Part shown: positions 33,754 through 43,927 of the stretch, in pieces
Numbering within the stretch: the first letter of the stretch is position 1
Layout: every line of letters starts with the position of its first letter
Source: an uncultured Clostridia bacterium
Lineage (GTDB): Bacteria; Bacillota; Clostridia; Christensenellales; CAG-917
DNA length: 64,000 nucleotides
Reading direction: 5' to 3'
NCBI GenBank assembly: GCA_949283145.1
Contig: CASDRL010000036.1
Span: forward strand, 9,817-73,816
The notes under the pieces: model-generated
What the model saw: only the letters and a program-made list of their open reading frames with translations
Told to the model about the DNA's origin: nothing
Database searches by the model: none
Made by a program: the position numbers and the translations under genes

Positions 33754-35322
33754 ATGTCAGGCATCGATCTCAAACCCATTCTTGCGAAACACCCCGAATG
33801 CAAGACCAACGCACGAATGCTCAAAGAGCTGCTGCTCAAAAACTGTGCCGACGATCGGCGCGGGCTCGTCCGCGTGATCTGCGCCATCGTGCAGACAAAG
33901 CTCATATCAAGGCTCGAGACCGCCGACGCCGTTACGAAAAAACTGATCGACAAGTCGGCAAAGCAGCTGGAAGACATCGGCGGCTATTCCCCGCGCCTGG
34001 CGCGGATCGCCTTGCATGCATGGGCCGATGCGCTGGACAAAAAGGCAGACGGCAACAGCTTTGACGACGACTCCGGGAGCTTTGCCAAAGGATGCGGCAG
34101 CGCACGGCAGCCCTTCGTCATTTCCAACGCACAGCAGCTCAGATCCTGCGCCGGTCTCATCAACAACTGCAATGACAGCGGCGGTCTCCATTTTGCGCTG
34201 TCGGGCGATATCGACCTCGGCGGTGCGGAATGGACGCCCATCGGCGACGATGATCACATGTTTGAGGGCGTCTTTGACGGCAACGGGTTCACCATCCGCA
34301 ATTTCACGCTCTCCGCGGACGCAGGCGATCCGATCGGGCTGTTCGGCAACAATTACGGCACCATAAGCGATGTCGCGGTCGGCAACTTCAGGATCGATGC
34401 GTCGAGCTGCAGCTCGGCAGGAGGTTTGATCGGAGACAACTACGGCACCGTCAAGTACTGCCGGGCCGAAAACGATGTGACGATCACGACTTCGGAAGAC
34501 GCGACTGTGGGATGCCTTGTCGGGAACAATTACGGGTCCATCCAAAACTGCGAGGCGACATGCCGGACGATGATCTCGTCGGATCATAATGTCACTCTCG
34601 AGGCGGGATGCATCGCGGGCGACAACTTCGGGATCATATGCGGATCGCATTCGGCCGGGAACATCATGATCAAATGTGCCGACGACTGCACGGTGACCGC
34701 AGGCGGTCTGGCAGCCTGCAATCACGGAAAAATCGAGACCTCGTTTTCGTCGGGGAACATCTCTCTGCGCTGTGGGAGCAGCGGCATACCGACTGTCGGC
34801 GGACTGGTCGGCGACAACAACGGCACCGTCGGCGAATGCTGCACCACGGGGAAGATCGTTCTTTTCGTCGGCGACGAAAGCGAAGTGTACGCGGCAGGAC
34901 TGATAGGCTACAATTTCAATGAAGCGGAAGAATGTTATTCCTGCGCCGCTGTCTCGGTGACTTGTGAGAACGACTGCACGGTTTCCGCAGGAGGACTGAT
35001 CGGAGAAAATTCGGAAGAGGTGTCGCGCTGTTTCTCTGCAAGCACTGTTTCCGTGCATGAAAACGGCGAAAGCAACGCGATCTATGCGGGCGGTATCGTC
35101 GGCTATACATGCGACGGCGGACGCCTGTCGGAGTCTTTCTATGAGGCGGATCAGCTCGTCACCGTCTCGGGCGACGAAGTCTGCATCTATGACGGCACGC
35201 CGTATTACGAAGGCAAAGAAGGGTATAAGTCGCTGTTCCTTATCACCCTGAAATGGTCCGATGAGGTATGGATATTTGAAAAGAACCGCCTGCCGAAACT
35301 GTTGATGGACGACAATATATGA
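33754..35322 (+). CDS. GLUG-motif repeat protein with N-terminal helical domain, no signal peptide
   Basis: GGAGGA RBS then ATG 33754 (track start 33583 lies in AT-rich non-coding DNA). Repeated GGL(I/V)G(D/E)N.G motifs (AGGLIGDNYG, VGGLVGDNNG, AGGLIGENSE). Cys-rich. Confidence 0.8.
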   Translation: MSGIDLKPILAKHPECKTNARMLKELLLKNCADDRRGLVRVICAIVQTKLISRLETADAVTKKLIDKSAKQLEDIGGYSPRLARIALHAWADALDKKADGNSFDDDSGSFAKGCGSARQPFVISNAQQLRSCAGLINNCNDSGGLHFALSGDIDLGGAEWTPIGDDDHMFEGVFDGNGFTIRNFTLSADAGDPIGLFGNNYGTISDVAVGNFRIDASSCSSAGGLIGDNYGTVKYCRAENDVTITTSEDATVGCLVGNNYGSIQNCEATCRTMISSDHNVTLEAGCIAGDNFGIICGSHSAGNIMIKCADDCTVTAGGLAACNHGKIETSFSSGNISLRCGSSGIPTVGGLVGDNNGTVGECCTTGKIVLFVGDESEVYAAGLIGYNFNEAEECYSCAAVSVTCENDCTVSAGGLIGENSEEVSRCFSASTVSVHENGESNAIYAGGIVGYTCDGGRLSESFYEADQLVTVSGDEVCIYDGTPYYEGKEGYKSLFLITLKWSDEVWIFEKNRLPKLLMDDNI

Positions 35323-35424
35323 CCGCACTTTCTGCCGCCGATGCCCGCACACTGTCAGGGGCGGGAGACAGCGCACTCGGCAAGATCGGGCGGCATATCC
35401 TCACAAAATGAATTTTATTATGAC

Positions 35425-35456
35425 AAAAAGCGCACATTAAAGCGCGCTTTTTTTTG
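35425..35456. terminator. bidirectional intrinsic terminator
   Basis: AAAAAGCGC-acattaaa-GCGCGCTTTTTTTTT between convergent genes. Confidence 0.7.
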
Positions 35457-35474
35457 CAAATAGGACGCATAATG

Positions 35475-35903
35475 TTATTCTGCCGTTTTAACGGGCGCGC
35501 CTCCGAGGGAGGCAGTGAAATCGTCGTAGACGTAGAATGACGCGCGGTAGACGGGCATGCCCGGGATGTGGCTTTCATAGGGGGTGAACTCTAAGGTCCT
35601 CTCCCCGTACGTGTCGTCGCTGATGCGCAATCCGAGGGTGCCGAGCTCGTAGCCCTGCAAGAGGTACATCTCGAAACGGATGTATTTCCCGTCCGTCACA
35701 TAGCTGCCCTTGCTGTCCGTCTCGTAATCAGAAGTCACGTCCAAAGACGCCACCCCCTCGGGCAGGTCGTACTTCTCCACCGTAAAATGATGTTTGGCAA
35801 GGATAACGTTGTTGTCGGAGTCGAACACGCAAGCCGACATGCCCGACATCAATGCTGCGACAAGGCAAACTGCGGCAGCCACCAAAAACGATCTCTTGAA
35901 CAT
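35475..35903 (-). CDS. hypothetical lipoprotein
   Basis: 142 aa; signal peptide with lipobox GMSAC; AGGGGAAG RBS. Confidence 0.7.
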   Translation of the reverse strand: MFKRSFLVAAAVCLVAALMSGMSACVFDSDNNVILAKHHFTVEKYDLPEGVASLDVTSDYETDSKGSYVTDGKYIRFEMYLLQGYELGTLGLRISDDTYGERTLEFTPYESHIPGMPVYRASFYVYDDFTASLGGAPVKTAE

Positions 35904-35990
35904 GAAACTTCCCCTTTCCCGTTATTTATTTTCCGCTTTCGCGCAGAGCGGGCGGAAAACATCCGCCCGTCCGTTTTTTCGTCTATGTAT

Positions 35991-36791
35991 TTATTTCCCC
36001 GCCGCAGCATTCTGCGCCGCGAAGTTATCCAGCTTTTTCTTTTCGAGCGCCCAATAGATGCTGCGCACAAAAGGCATCACCGCAAAGAGCGCCATCGCAA
36101 AAGAGAAGAGTTTGCAAGGGTTGACATACTTTTTCTTTCTCTCCAGCCCCTTGACCATAGCTTTGGCGACGTGCGCGGGCTTCTGGACGGGGAAGGGCTT
36201 CTGACGGATGACTTTGCCCTCCTGCCCCTGCACCGCCGCCTTGAAGAAGTTGGTGTCCGTCGCGACGGGATAAAGGCAGGTCATCTTGATGTTTTTGGGC
36301 ATCTCGAGGCGGAGCGCCTGCTGGAAGCCCTGCACCGCGAACTTGGAGGAGCTGTACAGCGCATAGCCGGGCATCCCCATCTTGCCGATGGCGGAGACAG
36401 TCATGGCAAACTGCCCTTCCCTGCCGCCGAGATATTTGCTGTATTTCTGATAGGAATATATGGGCGAGAAAACATTGGTCTCGAAGATGTGCGCGGTGCG
36501 GTCCCAGTCCACGTAGTCGAATGTCTCGTAATACGGAAAACCTGCGTTGGCATAAAAGATGTCTATGCCGCCGAGCTTTTTCTCCGCCTCCTCGAAGACG
36601 GCGTCCACCCCCTCTTTGGATGAGATGTCGCACACCATCGGGATCACCTTCCCCGGGTCGAACCCCGAGAGCCTGTCGGTGCGAAGATCGACGGCAAGGA
36701 TCTTGTTGTCGCCCTGCACCAGCAGTTTCATCACCTCAAGACCTATGCCGCTGTTTGCACCCGTAAGAACGATCTTTTTGCCTGAAATCAT
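35991..36791 (-). CDS. SDR family oxidoreductase
   Basis: 266 aa; TGANSGIG cofactor motif, catalytic YSSSK; GGGAGG RBS. Confidence 0.9.
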   Translation of the reverse strand: MISGKKIVLTGANSGIGLEVMKLLVQGDNKILAVDLRTDRLSGFDPGKVIPMVCDISSKEGVDAVFEEAEKKLGGIDIFYANAGFPYYETFDYVDWDRTAHIFETNVFSPIYSYQKYSKYLGGREGQFAMTVSAIGKMGMPGYALYSSSKFAVQGFQQALRLEMPKNIKMTCLYPVATDTNFFKAAVQGQEGKVIRQKPFPVQKPAHVAKAMVKGLERKKKYVNPCKLFSFAMALFAVMPFVRSIYWALEKKKLDNFAAQNAAAGK

Positions 36792-36838
36792 ATTTTTCCT
36801 CCCTGAATGTCGTGTTTAAGTGTTTGTTTCGTCAAATG

Positions 36839-37396
36839 TTATTCGCAGAGAAGGCGCAGCAGATCGTGTGCCGCCGCGCGCAGCTCCTCTAAGGAGCCGG
36901 AGTTGTATACCGTGCGCGTCGCCGCTCTTTTCAGCATGAAAACGGGAAGCTGCGCACGCATCACAGCCTTTGCCCTGGGGCGGGATACCCCCCTCTTTTC
37001 CAACCTTTGCAGCCTCACTCTTCGCGGCGCCGTGACAAGGACTATCTCGTCAAACATATCGGTCATCCCGCTCTCGAGCGCGAGCGGCAGTTCCACAACG
37101 AGAGGATCCGCGCCGCATGCCGCGATGCGCTTCGCGATCTCCGGGTGCGCAAGCGAATTCAGCGCAAGCCTGCTCTTTTTGTCGGAAAACACGAGCGCGG
37201 AAAGACGGGGCTTGTCCACCACTCCGCACACGACGCAGTCCGGGAAAAGTTCCGCGAGCTTCCCGATATAATCGGGAGACGCCAGCAGTTCCGCGTTGAT
37301 CTCGTCTGCGGAAAGACAGGCGATCCCCATCTCGCGCGCGACTTTGAGCACTTCGGATTTCCCGGTGCCGATCCCTCCGATCACAGCAACTTTCAT
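36839..37396 (-). CDS. coaE: dephospho-CoA kinase
   Basis: 185 aa; P-loop GGIGTGKS; 7 nt after polA stop; RBS AGGAGAAAG spans the polA TAG. Confidence 0.9.
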   Translation of the reverse strand: MKVAVIGGIGTGKSEVLKVAREMGIACLSADEINAELLASPDYIGKLAELFPDCVVCGVVDKPRLSALVFSDKKSRLALNSLAHPEIAKRIAACGADPLVVELPLALESGMTDMFDEIVLVTAPRRVRLQRLEKRGVSRPRAKAVMRAQLPVFMLKRAATRTVYNSGSLEELRAAAHDLLRLLCE

Positions 37397-37403
37397 CTTT
37401 CTC

Positions 37404-39917
37404 CTATTTCAGATCGCCCCAATTCTTGGCTTTGTTCACTTCCACGACGAGCGGGACCCGCAAGGTGACCGCATTTTCCATCTCTTCTTTGAGGATGCGC
37501 ACCACCTCGTCCGCTTCCTCTTCGGCGGCGTCCACGATGAGTTCGTCGTGTATTTGCAGTATCATTGCGGAACGCATGCCGCTCAGCCGTTTCTCCACCG
37601 CCAGCATTGCGATCTTGACGACGTCGGCGGCGGAACCCTGCAGGGGCGTATTCATTGCCATGCGCTCCGCTGCGGAACGCATGATGTAATTGGACGAATT
37701 GATCTCCCCGAGATTCCTGCGTCTGCCGAGCATGGTCACGCTGTAACCGTGCTCTCTTGCGAACACGACGTTGGAGTCCATATACGCCTTCACCTTCGGA
37801 TAGGTGGCGAAATAGCGCTCTATGAATGCTTTCGCCCGCGCCACGGGGATGGAAAGATTCTCCGAAAGTCCGAAATCGCTCATGCCGTAAATTATGCCGA
37901 AATTGACGGCTTTCGCATCCCGTCTCTGAGCGGGCGTCACCTCGCTCTGCGGTATGCCGAGGATCTTGGACGCGGTGAGCGCGTGTATATCTTCGGCGTT
38001 GTTGTACGCTTCTATGAGCTTTTCGTCGCCGCTGAGATGCGCCAGCATCCTGAGCTCTATCTGTGAGTAATCCGCCGACACCAGCACGCAGCCCTCCGAC
38101 GCGACGAATGCGCTCTTCACATCCTTCGCCTCTTCGCCGCGCACGGGGATGTTCTGCAAATTCGGGTTCGTTGAAGACAGCCTTCCCGTCGCGGTGACGC
38201 ACTGGTTGAACTCGGTGTGGATCCTTCCGCGGTTGATAAGCGGCTGCATCCCCGTGACGTAAGTGCCGAGAAGCTTGGCGTAATGCCGCCATTCCAGCAC
38301 AAGTTTCACGGCGGGATGATCCTGCACGAGCCCCGTGAGGACATCCTCGCTGACCGACCATCCGGTCTTGGTCTTCTTGCCGTGTTTGAGCCCGAGCTTG
38401 CCGAAAAGCACTTCGCCGAGCTGCTTGGGGGAAGCGATGTTGAATGTTTCTCCCGTCGCGGCATAAATAGCGGAGGTAAGCTCGGAAAGCTTTGTCTCGT
38501 ACTTGACTTTGAGAGCGGAGAGCCTGTCGGCGTCCGCGGCTATGCCCCGCTCTTCCATGGCTGCAAGAACGGGAACGAGCGGCTGCTCTACCTCGCGGAA
38601 CAGATTGGAAAGCCCTTGTTCCTCAAGAGACCGTGCCGACTCTTCCGCAAACCGGAAAAGCTCCGCCGCGCCGACATCGTATCCTTCCGCGCCGAGCACA
38701 GCCTCAACGGACTTTATGGGGGCGCTGCCTCGTGTGAGATGCGCCGCTATCATTACATCGAAAAAGTCGGCGGGCGCAAAACCGTATTTCTTTTTCAGCG
38801 ATTTGAAATCGTAACAGACGAGAGTCCTTCCCTGAACGAGCCTTCCGACCGCCGCGACGGCGTCATCAAAGCCCATCCCTTCCGCAAAAAGGTCCTCCGC
38901 GCACTCTATGACATACTCCGTCCCGCCGTCAAACGCGAACTTCACATGCTCGGAGATGAGCACCGCGATCTTTTCCCCGCCGGAAAGCGCCGCGATCTCC
39001 TCCTCGCTCTTCACTCCGACGACCTTCTTCTCGACGGCATTCACGGGTGCGGATCCGTCCTCGGAAACAAAGGTCATGCGGGGCGCGAGGGAATTGAGCT
39101 CCAGCTCCTGCAATTTTTTGTACACGGCGTCGGGATATGTCCCCGAAAAACGCAGATCCTCCTCTTTCACATCAAGCGGGACATCCTTTTTAATGGTGGC
39201 GAGGGTGCGGCTTAGCAGAGCGATCTCGCGGCCGTTCGCCAGCGATTCTCCCAGCTTACCTCTTTCGTCACTTGCATGATCGAGCACTTCATCGAGCGTT
39301 TTATACCTGTCAAGCAGCGTTTTTGCGGTTTTCTCTCCGACTCCGGGGATGCCGGGGATGTTGTCGGACGGGTCGCCTCTCAGCGCCTTGAAATCTATGA
39401 AACTCTCCGGTGTGAACCCGTCGGCGGCGAGTCTTTCGAGGTCGATGACCTCGACGTCGCTCACTCCTCTCTTTGTCCAGAACACACGGGTCGTAGGGCT
39501 CACCAGCTGAAAGCTATCCCTGTCCCCCGTCAGAATGACGGTGTCGTCATCGGTGCGCGCGGAAAGTGTGCCCAGAATGTCGTCCGCCTCATACCCCTCC
39601 ATTGAAACGACGGGGATGCGCATGAGCGCGAGCAGCTCTTTCAGCGGCTCGAACTGCTCCGCAAGTTCGGCGTCCATGGGTTTGCGCGTGCCCTTGTACG
39701 GCGGATAAAGTTTGTGGCGGAACGTGGGCGCTTTGAGGTCGAACGCCGCGGCGACGTGCGTGGGCGCAAGCTCTTTCACTATGCGCAGAAAAATGGTCAG
39801 AAAACCGTAAATCGCGCCCGTATGCGCGCCTTTCGACGTTTTGAGATCGGGCAGCGCATGATAGGCGCGATGAATGATGCTGTTTGCGTCTATTAAGAGA
39901 AGTTTGTCTTGCGGCAT
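37404..39917 (-). CDS. polA: DNA polymerase I
   Basis: 837 aa; N-terminal 5'-3' exonuclease, polymerase motifs DYSQIELR and QIHDEL; ends with TAG (37406-37404). Confidence 0.95.
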   Translation of the reverse strand: MPQDKLLLIDANSIIHRAYHALPDLKTSKGAHTGAIYGFLTIFLRIVKELAPTHVAAAFDLKAPTFRHKLYPPYKGTRKPMDAELAEQFEPLKELLALMRIPVVSMEGYEADDILGTLSARTDDDTVILTGDRDSFQLVSPTTRVFWTKRGVSDVEVIDLERLAADGFTPESFIDFKALRGDPSDNIPGIPGVGEKTAKTLLDRYKTLDEVLDHASDERGKLGESLANGREIALLSRTLATIKKDVPLDVKEEDLRFSGTYPDAVYKKLQELELNSLAPRMTFVSEDGSAPVNAVEKKVVGVKSEEEIAALSGGEKIAVLISEHVKFAFDGGTEYVIECAEDLFAEGMGFDDAVAAVGRLVQGRTLVCYDFKSLKKKYGFAPADFFDVMIAAHLTRGSAPIKSVEAVLGAEGYDVGAAELFRFAEESARSLEEQGLSNLFREVEQPLVPVLAAMEERGIAADADRLSALKVKYETKLSELTSAIYAATGETFNIASPKQLGEVLFGKLGLKHGKKTKTGWSVSEDVLTGLVQDHPAVKLVLEWRHYAKLLGTYVTGMQPLINRGRIHTEFNQCVTATGRLSSTNPNLQNIPVRGEEAKDVKSAFVASEGCVLVSADYSQIELRMLAHLSGDEKLIEAYNNAEDIHALTASKILGIPQSEVTPAQRRDAKAVNFGIIYGMSDFGLSENLSIPVARAKAFIERYFATYPKVKAYMDSNVVFAREHGYSVTMLGRRRNLGEINSSNYIMRSAAERMAMNTPLQGSAADVVKIAMLAVEKRLSGMRSAMILQIHDELIVDAAEEEADEVVRILKEEMENAVTLRVPLVVEVNKAKNWGDLK

Positions 39918-39918
39918 A

Positions 39919-40737
39919 TCATTCGGTGGCGCGGTCTGCCGCAGCGTTTTCCGCTTCTGTGACGATGCGCATCGCGTCGGCGTAACCTAATTGTTTGAGG
40001 TTCTCGATCCGTTCGGGAGAGAACGCCATCGCCCTGCCGAGATTGGAGGACGGGGTTATGTAGAGTATGTCCAGATCGTCATGCTCTATTCTGCGTTTGG
40101 GCTGCTTTGTCTCGGGATTGGTGCGCACTACGATCATCTTCTTGCAGCCCGTGCGCGCGAGCAGGTTGATGGGCATATTGTCGTAGACTCCGCCGTCAAT
40201 GAACTTCTTGCCGTCTATCTGCTTCGGCGGGAAGATCGGGAAACAGGCGGAAGCCACGATGTAGTCGATGAGTTTTCCTTCCGGGATGTCCTTTTTCATC
40301 GCCTCGAAGGGCTCCATGTCCGAAATGTTGTAGGTGACGCAACCGAAATCGATCTCGCTTGCGCGGATCTCCTCTTCCTTCAGACGGTTGTACACAAAAT
40401 TGAGAGTATGTTCATAGGACTGACGAATGATCTCGCGCGCGGAAAGCAGCTTTTTGCCCGTGGCGATGATGAGGTCGAGGTCAAAGTCCTTCTGCCTGAA
40501 CCGTGCCACCGTGTCGTCATCGAAGTCGAAAACCGGGCAATACTTCGCCTCTTCCCAATAACCGGCGAGCTTTTCTATGCCCTGGGACGCCATGACGGCG
40601 CCGTTGAGCGCTCCGATGGAAGTGCCCGTCACGGCATGAAAAGTATAACCTTTTTCGACAAGTGCGATCAGCGCGCCAAGCTCATAAGCGCCCTTGACGC
40701 CGCCGCCTTCGAGAACAAGACCGACGCTTTTTGACAT
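39919..40737 (-). CDS. patatin-like phospholipase
   Basis: Start MSKSVGLVLEGGGVKGAY at 40737 (GAGAGGG RBS). Oxyanion GGGVKG, nucleophile GTSIG, catalytic DGG. Its stop is 1 nt from the polA ATG. Confidence 0.85.
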   Translation of the reverse strand: MSKSVGLVLEGGGVKGAYELGALIALVEKGYTFHAVTGTSIGALNGAVMASQGIEKLAGYWEEAKYCPVFDFDDDTVARFRQKDFDLDLIIATGKKLLSAREIIRQSYEHTLNFVYNRLKEEEIRASEIDFGCVTYNISDMEPFEAMKKDIPEGKLIDYIVASACFPIFPPKQIDGKKFIDGGVYDNMPINLLARTGCKKMIVVRTNPETKQPKRRIEHDDLDILYITPSSNLGRAMAFSPERIENLKQLGYADAMRIVTEAENAAADRATE

Positions 40738-40934
40738 TGTACCCTCTCTGCGCGCATACGCACGCGGCAAAAATAATCTAAGGATAATTTTAATAAATAA
40801 TATCCGCAATGTCAAGCACTGTTATTTCCGCCCCGTCCGCCGCCCCGCAAAAAAACGCCCCCGCGCTCAACGCGCGGAGACGTTCACGTTCCGTATCACA
40901 TCGTCGCGGCGGGACGAGCCACCCGGGAAGAGGG

Positions 40935-43856
40935 TCAGTCCGCATGCATCCTGTCGATGAAACGGGTGTTGACCGTGTAGGTCGTGCCGGGCAGGATCTC
41001 CGTTTCTGCCGCCGTATAACACCACACTCTTACGGGTTTGCCTTTCATATATTTGTCAAGCATTCCTCCCAACATATCGGTGCTGAGCTCCGTAAACCTG
41101 TCGTCTTCGAAACTGGGTTCGAAATAGCTGCGCTCGTTGTAGCCCGTGGAAAGCAGTCCGAAATGAACGTGCGGCATACCTGCGTACTGTTTGATGAGAT
41201 AGGCAAATTTCTCATCGGTAAGAGATGAACTCAATATCCCCATTGCCGCTTCGACAACAACTTCGTTCCCGCCGAGAGTGGAAGGATCGAGCAGGCTGAG
41301 GTTGTCGATGGGTTGCCAGTTGTAGATGTCGAGATAGCCCGTCTGGATAAGTGTGGAAACGTAGCCGTTGTCGAGCGCTTTCTCATAGTAGCGCCTGCCT
41401 TCCGGATCGGAGGGATCCACTTCACCGCCGAGGTTGGTGGAGAACCGCTTGAAATCGAAATTCGCGCCCGTGCCTATCATGTTGGACATGGTCACGTTGT
41501 GCATGCGCACGATGCTGTACTTGACGTCGCCCTTCGTATCATCGAAGTTGAGATCCCACTCCGTGTCAATGTTTGTGGCGACATAGATGCCCGTGCCGCC
41601 CGTGTTGCGGACGATGATGCCGTCCAGGGTGCAGTCCACTCCGTCCAGACCGAGACCGCTGGACGCATTCTGCAGGATGGAATACTCCACGCGGCAGACG
41701 GTGGGCGAGTCGTTGACGAACTCCTGCGCGGGATCGTGCGTGGCGTACTTGGTCTTCTGCCCCAGCGTGCGCATGCGCAGCGCGTAGCCTTTGAGACCCT
41801 GCGCATCGTTCGCGGAAGTGATCTCGTCGCCGATGTCGTAGTTGGGGGTGATGGTGACGTTGCTCACCACGCCGCCCTCCTCGCGCACCTCGACGAGAGG
41901 ATGATCGTAGTTGTCGCCGTACTCGTTCTTGAACCCGTTGATGATGAACGCGCGGGAGGCGTAGATGTTGTGCCCGTTGCCGTAGAGGCTGCAGCAAAGC
42001 TCCGCCTTATAGGTCGGGTCTTTGAGCTCTGCTCTCACCTCCTCGAAGACGGTGACGAGGGACTCACCCGTCTCCATGTCGCAATAGGGGATGTCGGAGC
42101 CGAGCACGATGTCGCCGTCGTATTCGGGAGTGCGGTCTTTATAAAGGACAACGTTGCTCCCGTCGGCGACGTTTCCCCTATATTTGGTGTAATACTGCGT
42201 GGCACGCGCCGCGACAAAGAACTCGTTGACGTCATTCACTTCGACCGCGGGATGCACGGTGAGGGTGATGCTCTGCGAGCCCACGGTGGCGCTCCTCGGA
42301 TAGCGCGGCGAGACGGTGATGGTGACTTCCGTCCTCTCCGTTATGTTCTCCGCGTGGAAGACGAGGGTGTTGCCGGTGAAACTCGCGATCTCGGGCTTGT
42401 CCGTCTCGAAAATGAAGTCGGCATAAAAGTCCGCCTTCTCATCCTCGCTCTCGGGAGGAGTGGGCAGCACGGCTTCGACCACAAAGACGTTGTCCACGAA
42501 ATGCGTCATGCCGCTGTCGTATTCGGCGGGGTCGGAGAGGTCCGCCTCCGGGTCGAAACGGTAAGAGGCAAAGATGGTCTCGCGGGCGAGACCGACCGCA
42601 AGAGAACTCTGATCCACGGCGAGGCGGAAGATGGAGACCTTCTTCACGACGCGGATGTTCAGAAAGCGGGTCTCTCCCGCATATTCGGCGAAAACGGTGG
42701 TTTCTCCCTCCGAAACGGCGGTCACAACACCGTTTTCGTCCACTACGGCAACATCCTCGTTGGACGATCTCCACTCTGCCGCCACCTCGGACGGAGCAAA
42801 GCTGTCGATAAGGACGGCGTCGAGATCGAGGGGGATCTCATCAAGTCCGAGTGTGAAAGAGGACTCCGCCTCGGGATCGTAATCGAAAAATTCGGAATTG
42901 CGGATGACGAAGTCGTCCGCGTCTTTGAGCAGGAATGTCACCTCGCCGGCAGGCGTGGCAACGACCGCGGTTTCGGCTTCGTCCGCAAAAGTCAGGACTC
43001 CGTCCGAAACGGTGCAGCCGGAGACCGGCGCCGCCCCTTCGATGCCCGCATCCGCGAGCACGACGGTGCGTGAAGTGGTGTAGACCACCTCACCGAAGCG
43101 GCTCACGCCCTTGCCCACCGTGACGGTGAACTTCGCACTCTCCACCCAGAACTCGCTGTCGTCCGCGCCTTCGGGCGCCTCGGAAGCCGCTTTGTCCCGG
43201 TGCGCATACATGACAATGTCCGCGCTCCCCTCGCCGACCGCGGTGACGACACCGTTGCCGTCCACGGTCGCAACGCTCTCGTTGCTCGACGCCCATCTGC
43301 CCTGCGTGACTATGCTGCCCGCGGGGGTGTAGACGGGAGAAAGCATCGTCCTCTCCCCCGTGACGAGACTGCTCTCGCCCGTGAGAGTGATGCTGTCCAC
43401 ATCCGCGTCCGTCACCTCGACGATGACGCTGTCCGAGAAGCCCTCGGCGGAGGCGGACACGCGGAAGGTGCAATAGCCCGTGAGCTCCGCGATGCCGTCG
43501 GTGTTGGTGTCGACGGGGACATAGTCTCCGTTGTATTCGCGCACGATCTCGGCGCCCGGGATCTCTTCCGTCGCACCGTCCACGTCCCCAACGATGCGCC
43601 ACTCCAAAGTTTTGTTTGCGGCGCGCTCGGGGAGGACGGTGACCGTCATATAGTCATCAAAATCGATGATCTTTCTGCCGCTTGCATCGGTGGGCACTTC
43701 TGAGAAAAGGATCGTGACGGAATCTTCCGCAATGGAAACGCTTTCCACGCCTATATAAGCCTGTGTGGAAACAAACGACGTGACAAGCCCGACGATCAGC
43801 ATTATGATGATCGGGATTATCACCAAAACTCCGAGCATGATCTTTTTCATAGCCAC
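40935..43856 (-). CDS. 973-aa N-terminally membrane-anchored surface protein with Big_2-like Ig modules and a beta-helix-like C-terminal region (paralogue B)
   Basis: TM MLGVLVIIPIIIMLIVGLVTSFV then YIGVESV. Big_2-like SSNESVATVDGNGVVTAVGEGSADIVMYA. RNTGGTGIYV, NVTMSNMIGTGANFDF, DIYNWQP, C-terminal YTVNTRFIDRMH. Confidence 0.85.
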   Translation of the reverse strand: MAMKKIMLGVLVIIPIIIMLIVGLVTSFVSTQAYIGVESVSIAEDSVTILFSEVPTDASGRKIIDFDDYMTVTVLPERAANKTLEWRIVGDVDGATEEIPGAEIVREYNGDYVPVDTNTDGIAELTGYCTFRVSASAEGFSDSVIVEVTDADVDSITLTGESSLVTGERTMLSPVYTPAGSIVTQGRWASSNESVATVDGNGVVTAVGEGSADIVMYAHRDKAASEAPEGADDSEFWVESAKFTVTVGKGVSRFGEVVYTTSRTVVLADAGIEGAAPVSGCTVSDGVLTFADEAETAVVATPAGEVTFLLKDADDFVIRNSEFFDYDPEAESSFTLGLDEIPLDLDAVLIDSFAPSEVAAEWRSSNEDVAVVDENGVVTAVSEGETTVFAEYAGETRFLNIRVVKKVSIFRLAVDQSSLAVGLARETIFASYRFDPEADLSDPAEYDSGMTHFVDNVFVVEAVLPTPPESEDEKADFYADFIFETDKPEIASFTGNTLVFHAENITERTEVTITVSPRYPRSATVGSQSITLTVHPAVEVNDVNEFFVAARATQYYTKYRGNVADGSNVVLYKDRTPEYDGDIVLGSDIPYCDMETGESLVTVFEEVRAELKDPTYKAELCCSLYGNGHNIYASRAFIINGFKNEYGDNYDHPLVEVREEGGVVSNVTITPNYDIGDEITSANDAQGLKGYALRMRTLGQKTKYATHDPAQEFVNDSPTVCRVEYSILQNASSGLGLDGVDCTLDGIIVRNTGGTGIYVATNIDTEWDLNFDDTKGDVKYSIVRMHNVTMSNMIGTGANFDFKRFSTNLGGEVDPSDPEGRRYYEKALDNGYVSTLIQTGYLDIYNWQPIDNLSLLDPSTLGGNEVVVEAAMGILSSSLTDEKFAYLIKQYAGMPHVHFGLLSTGYNERSYFEPSFEDDRFTELSTDMLGGMLDKYMKGKPVRVWCYTAAETEILPGTTYTVNTRFIDRMHAD

Positions 43857-43927
43857 TCCTTATCGTACGGATCGGAAGCGCACGGCAATGCCGCGCGCTC
43901 CGCATGCGCCCCGTACGGGCGCCTCCC

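Noticed and set aside
39919-40737. Patatin-like phospholipase as an anti-phage (CBASS-type) effector
   Set aside because: No cyclase, sensor or other defence-type genes are adjacent. The gene is coupled to polA-coaE in a housekeeping context.
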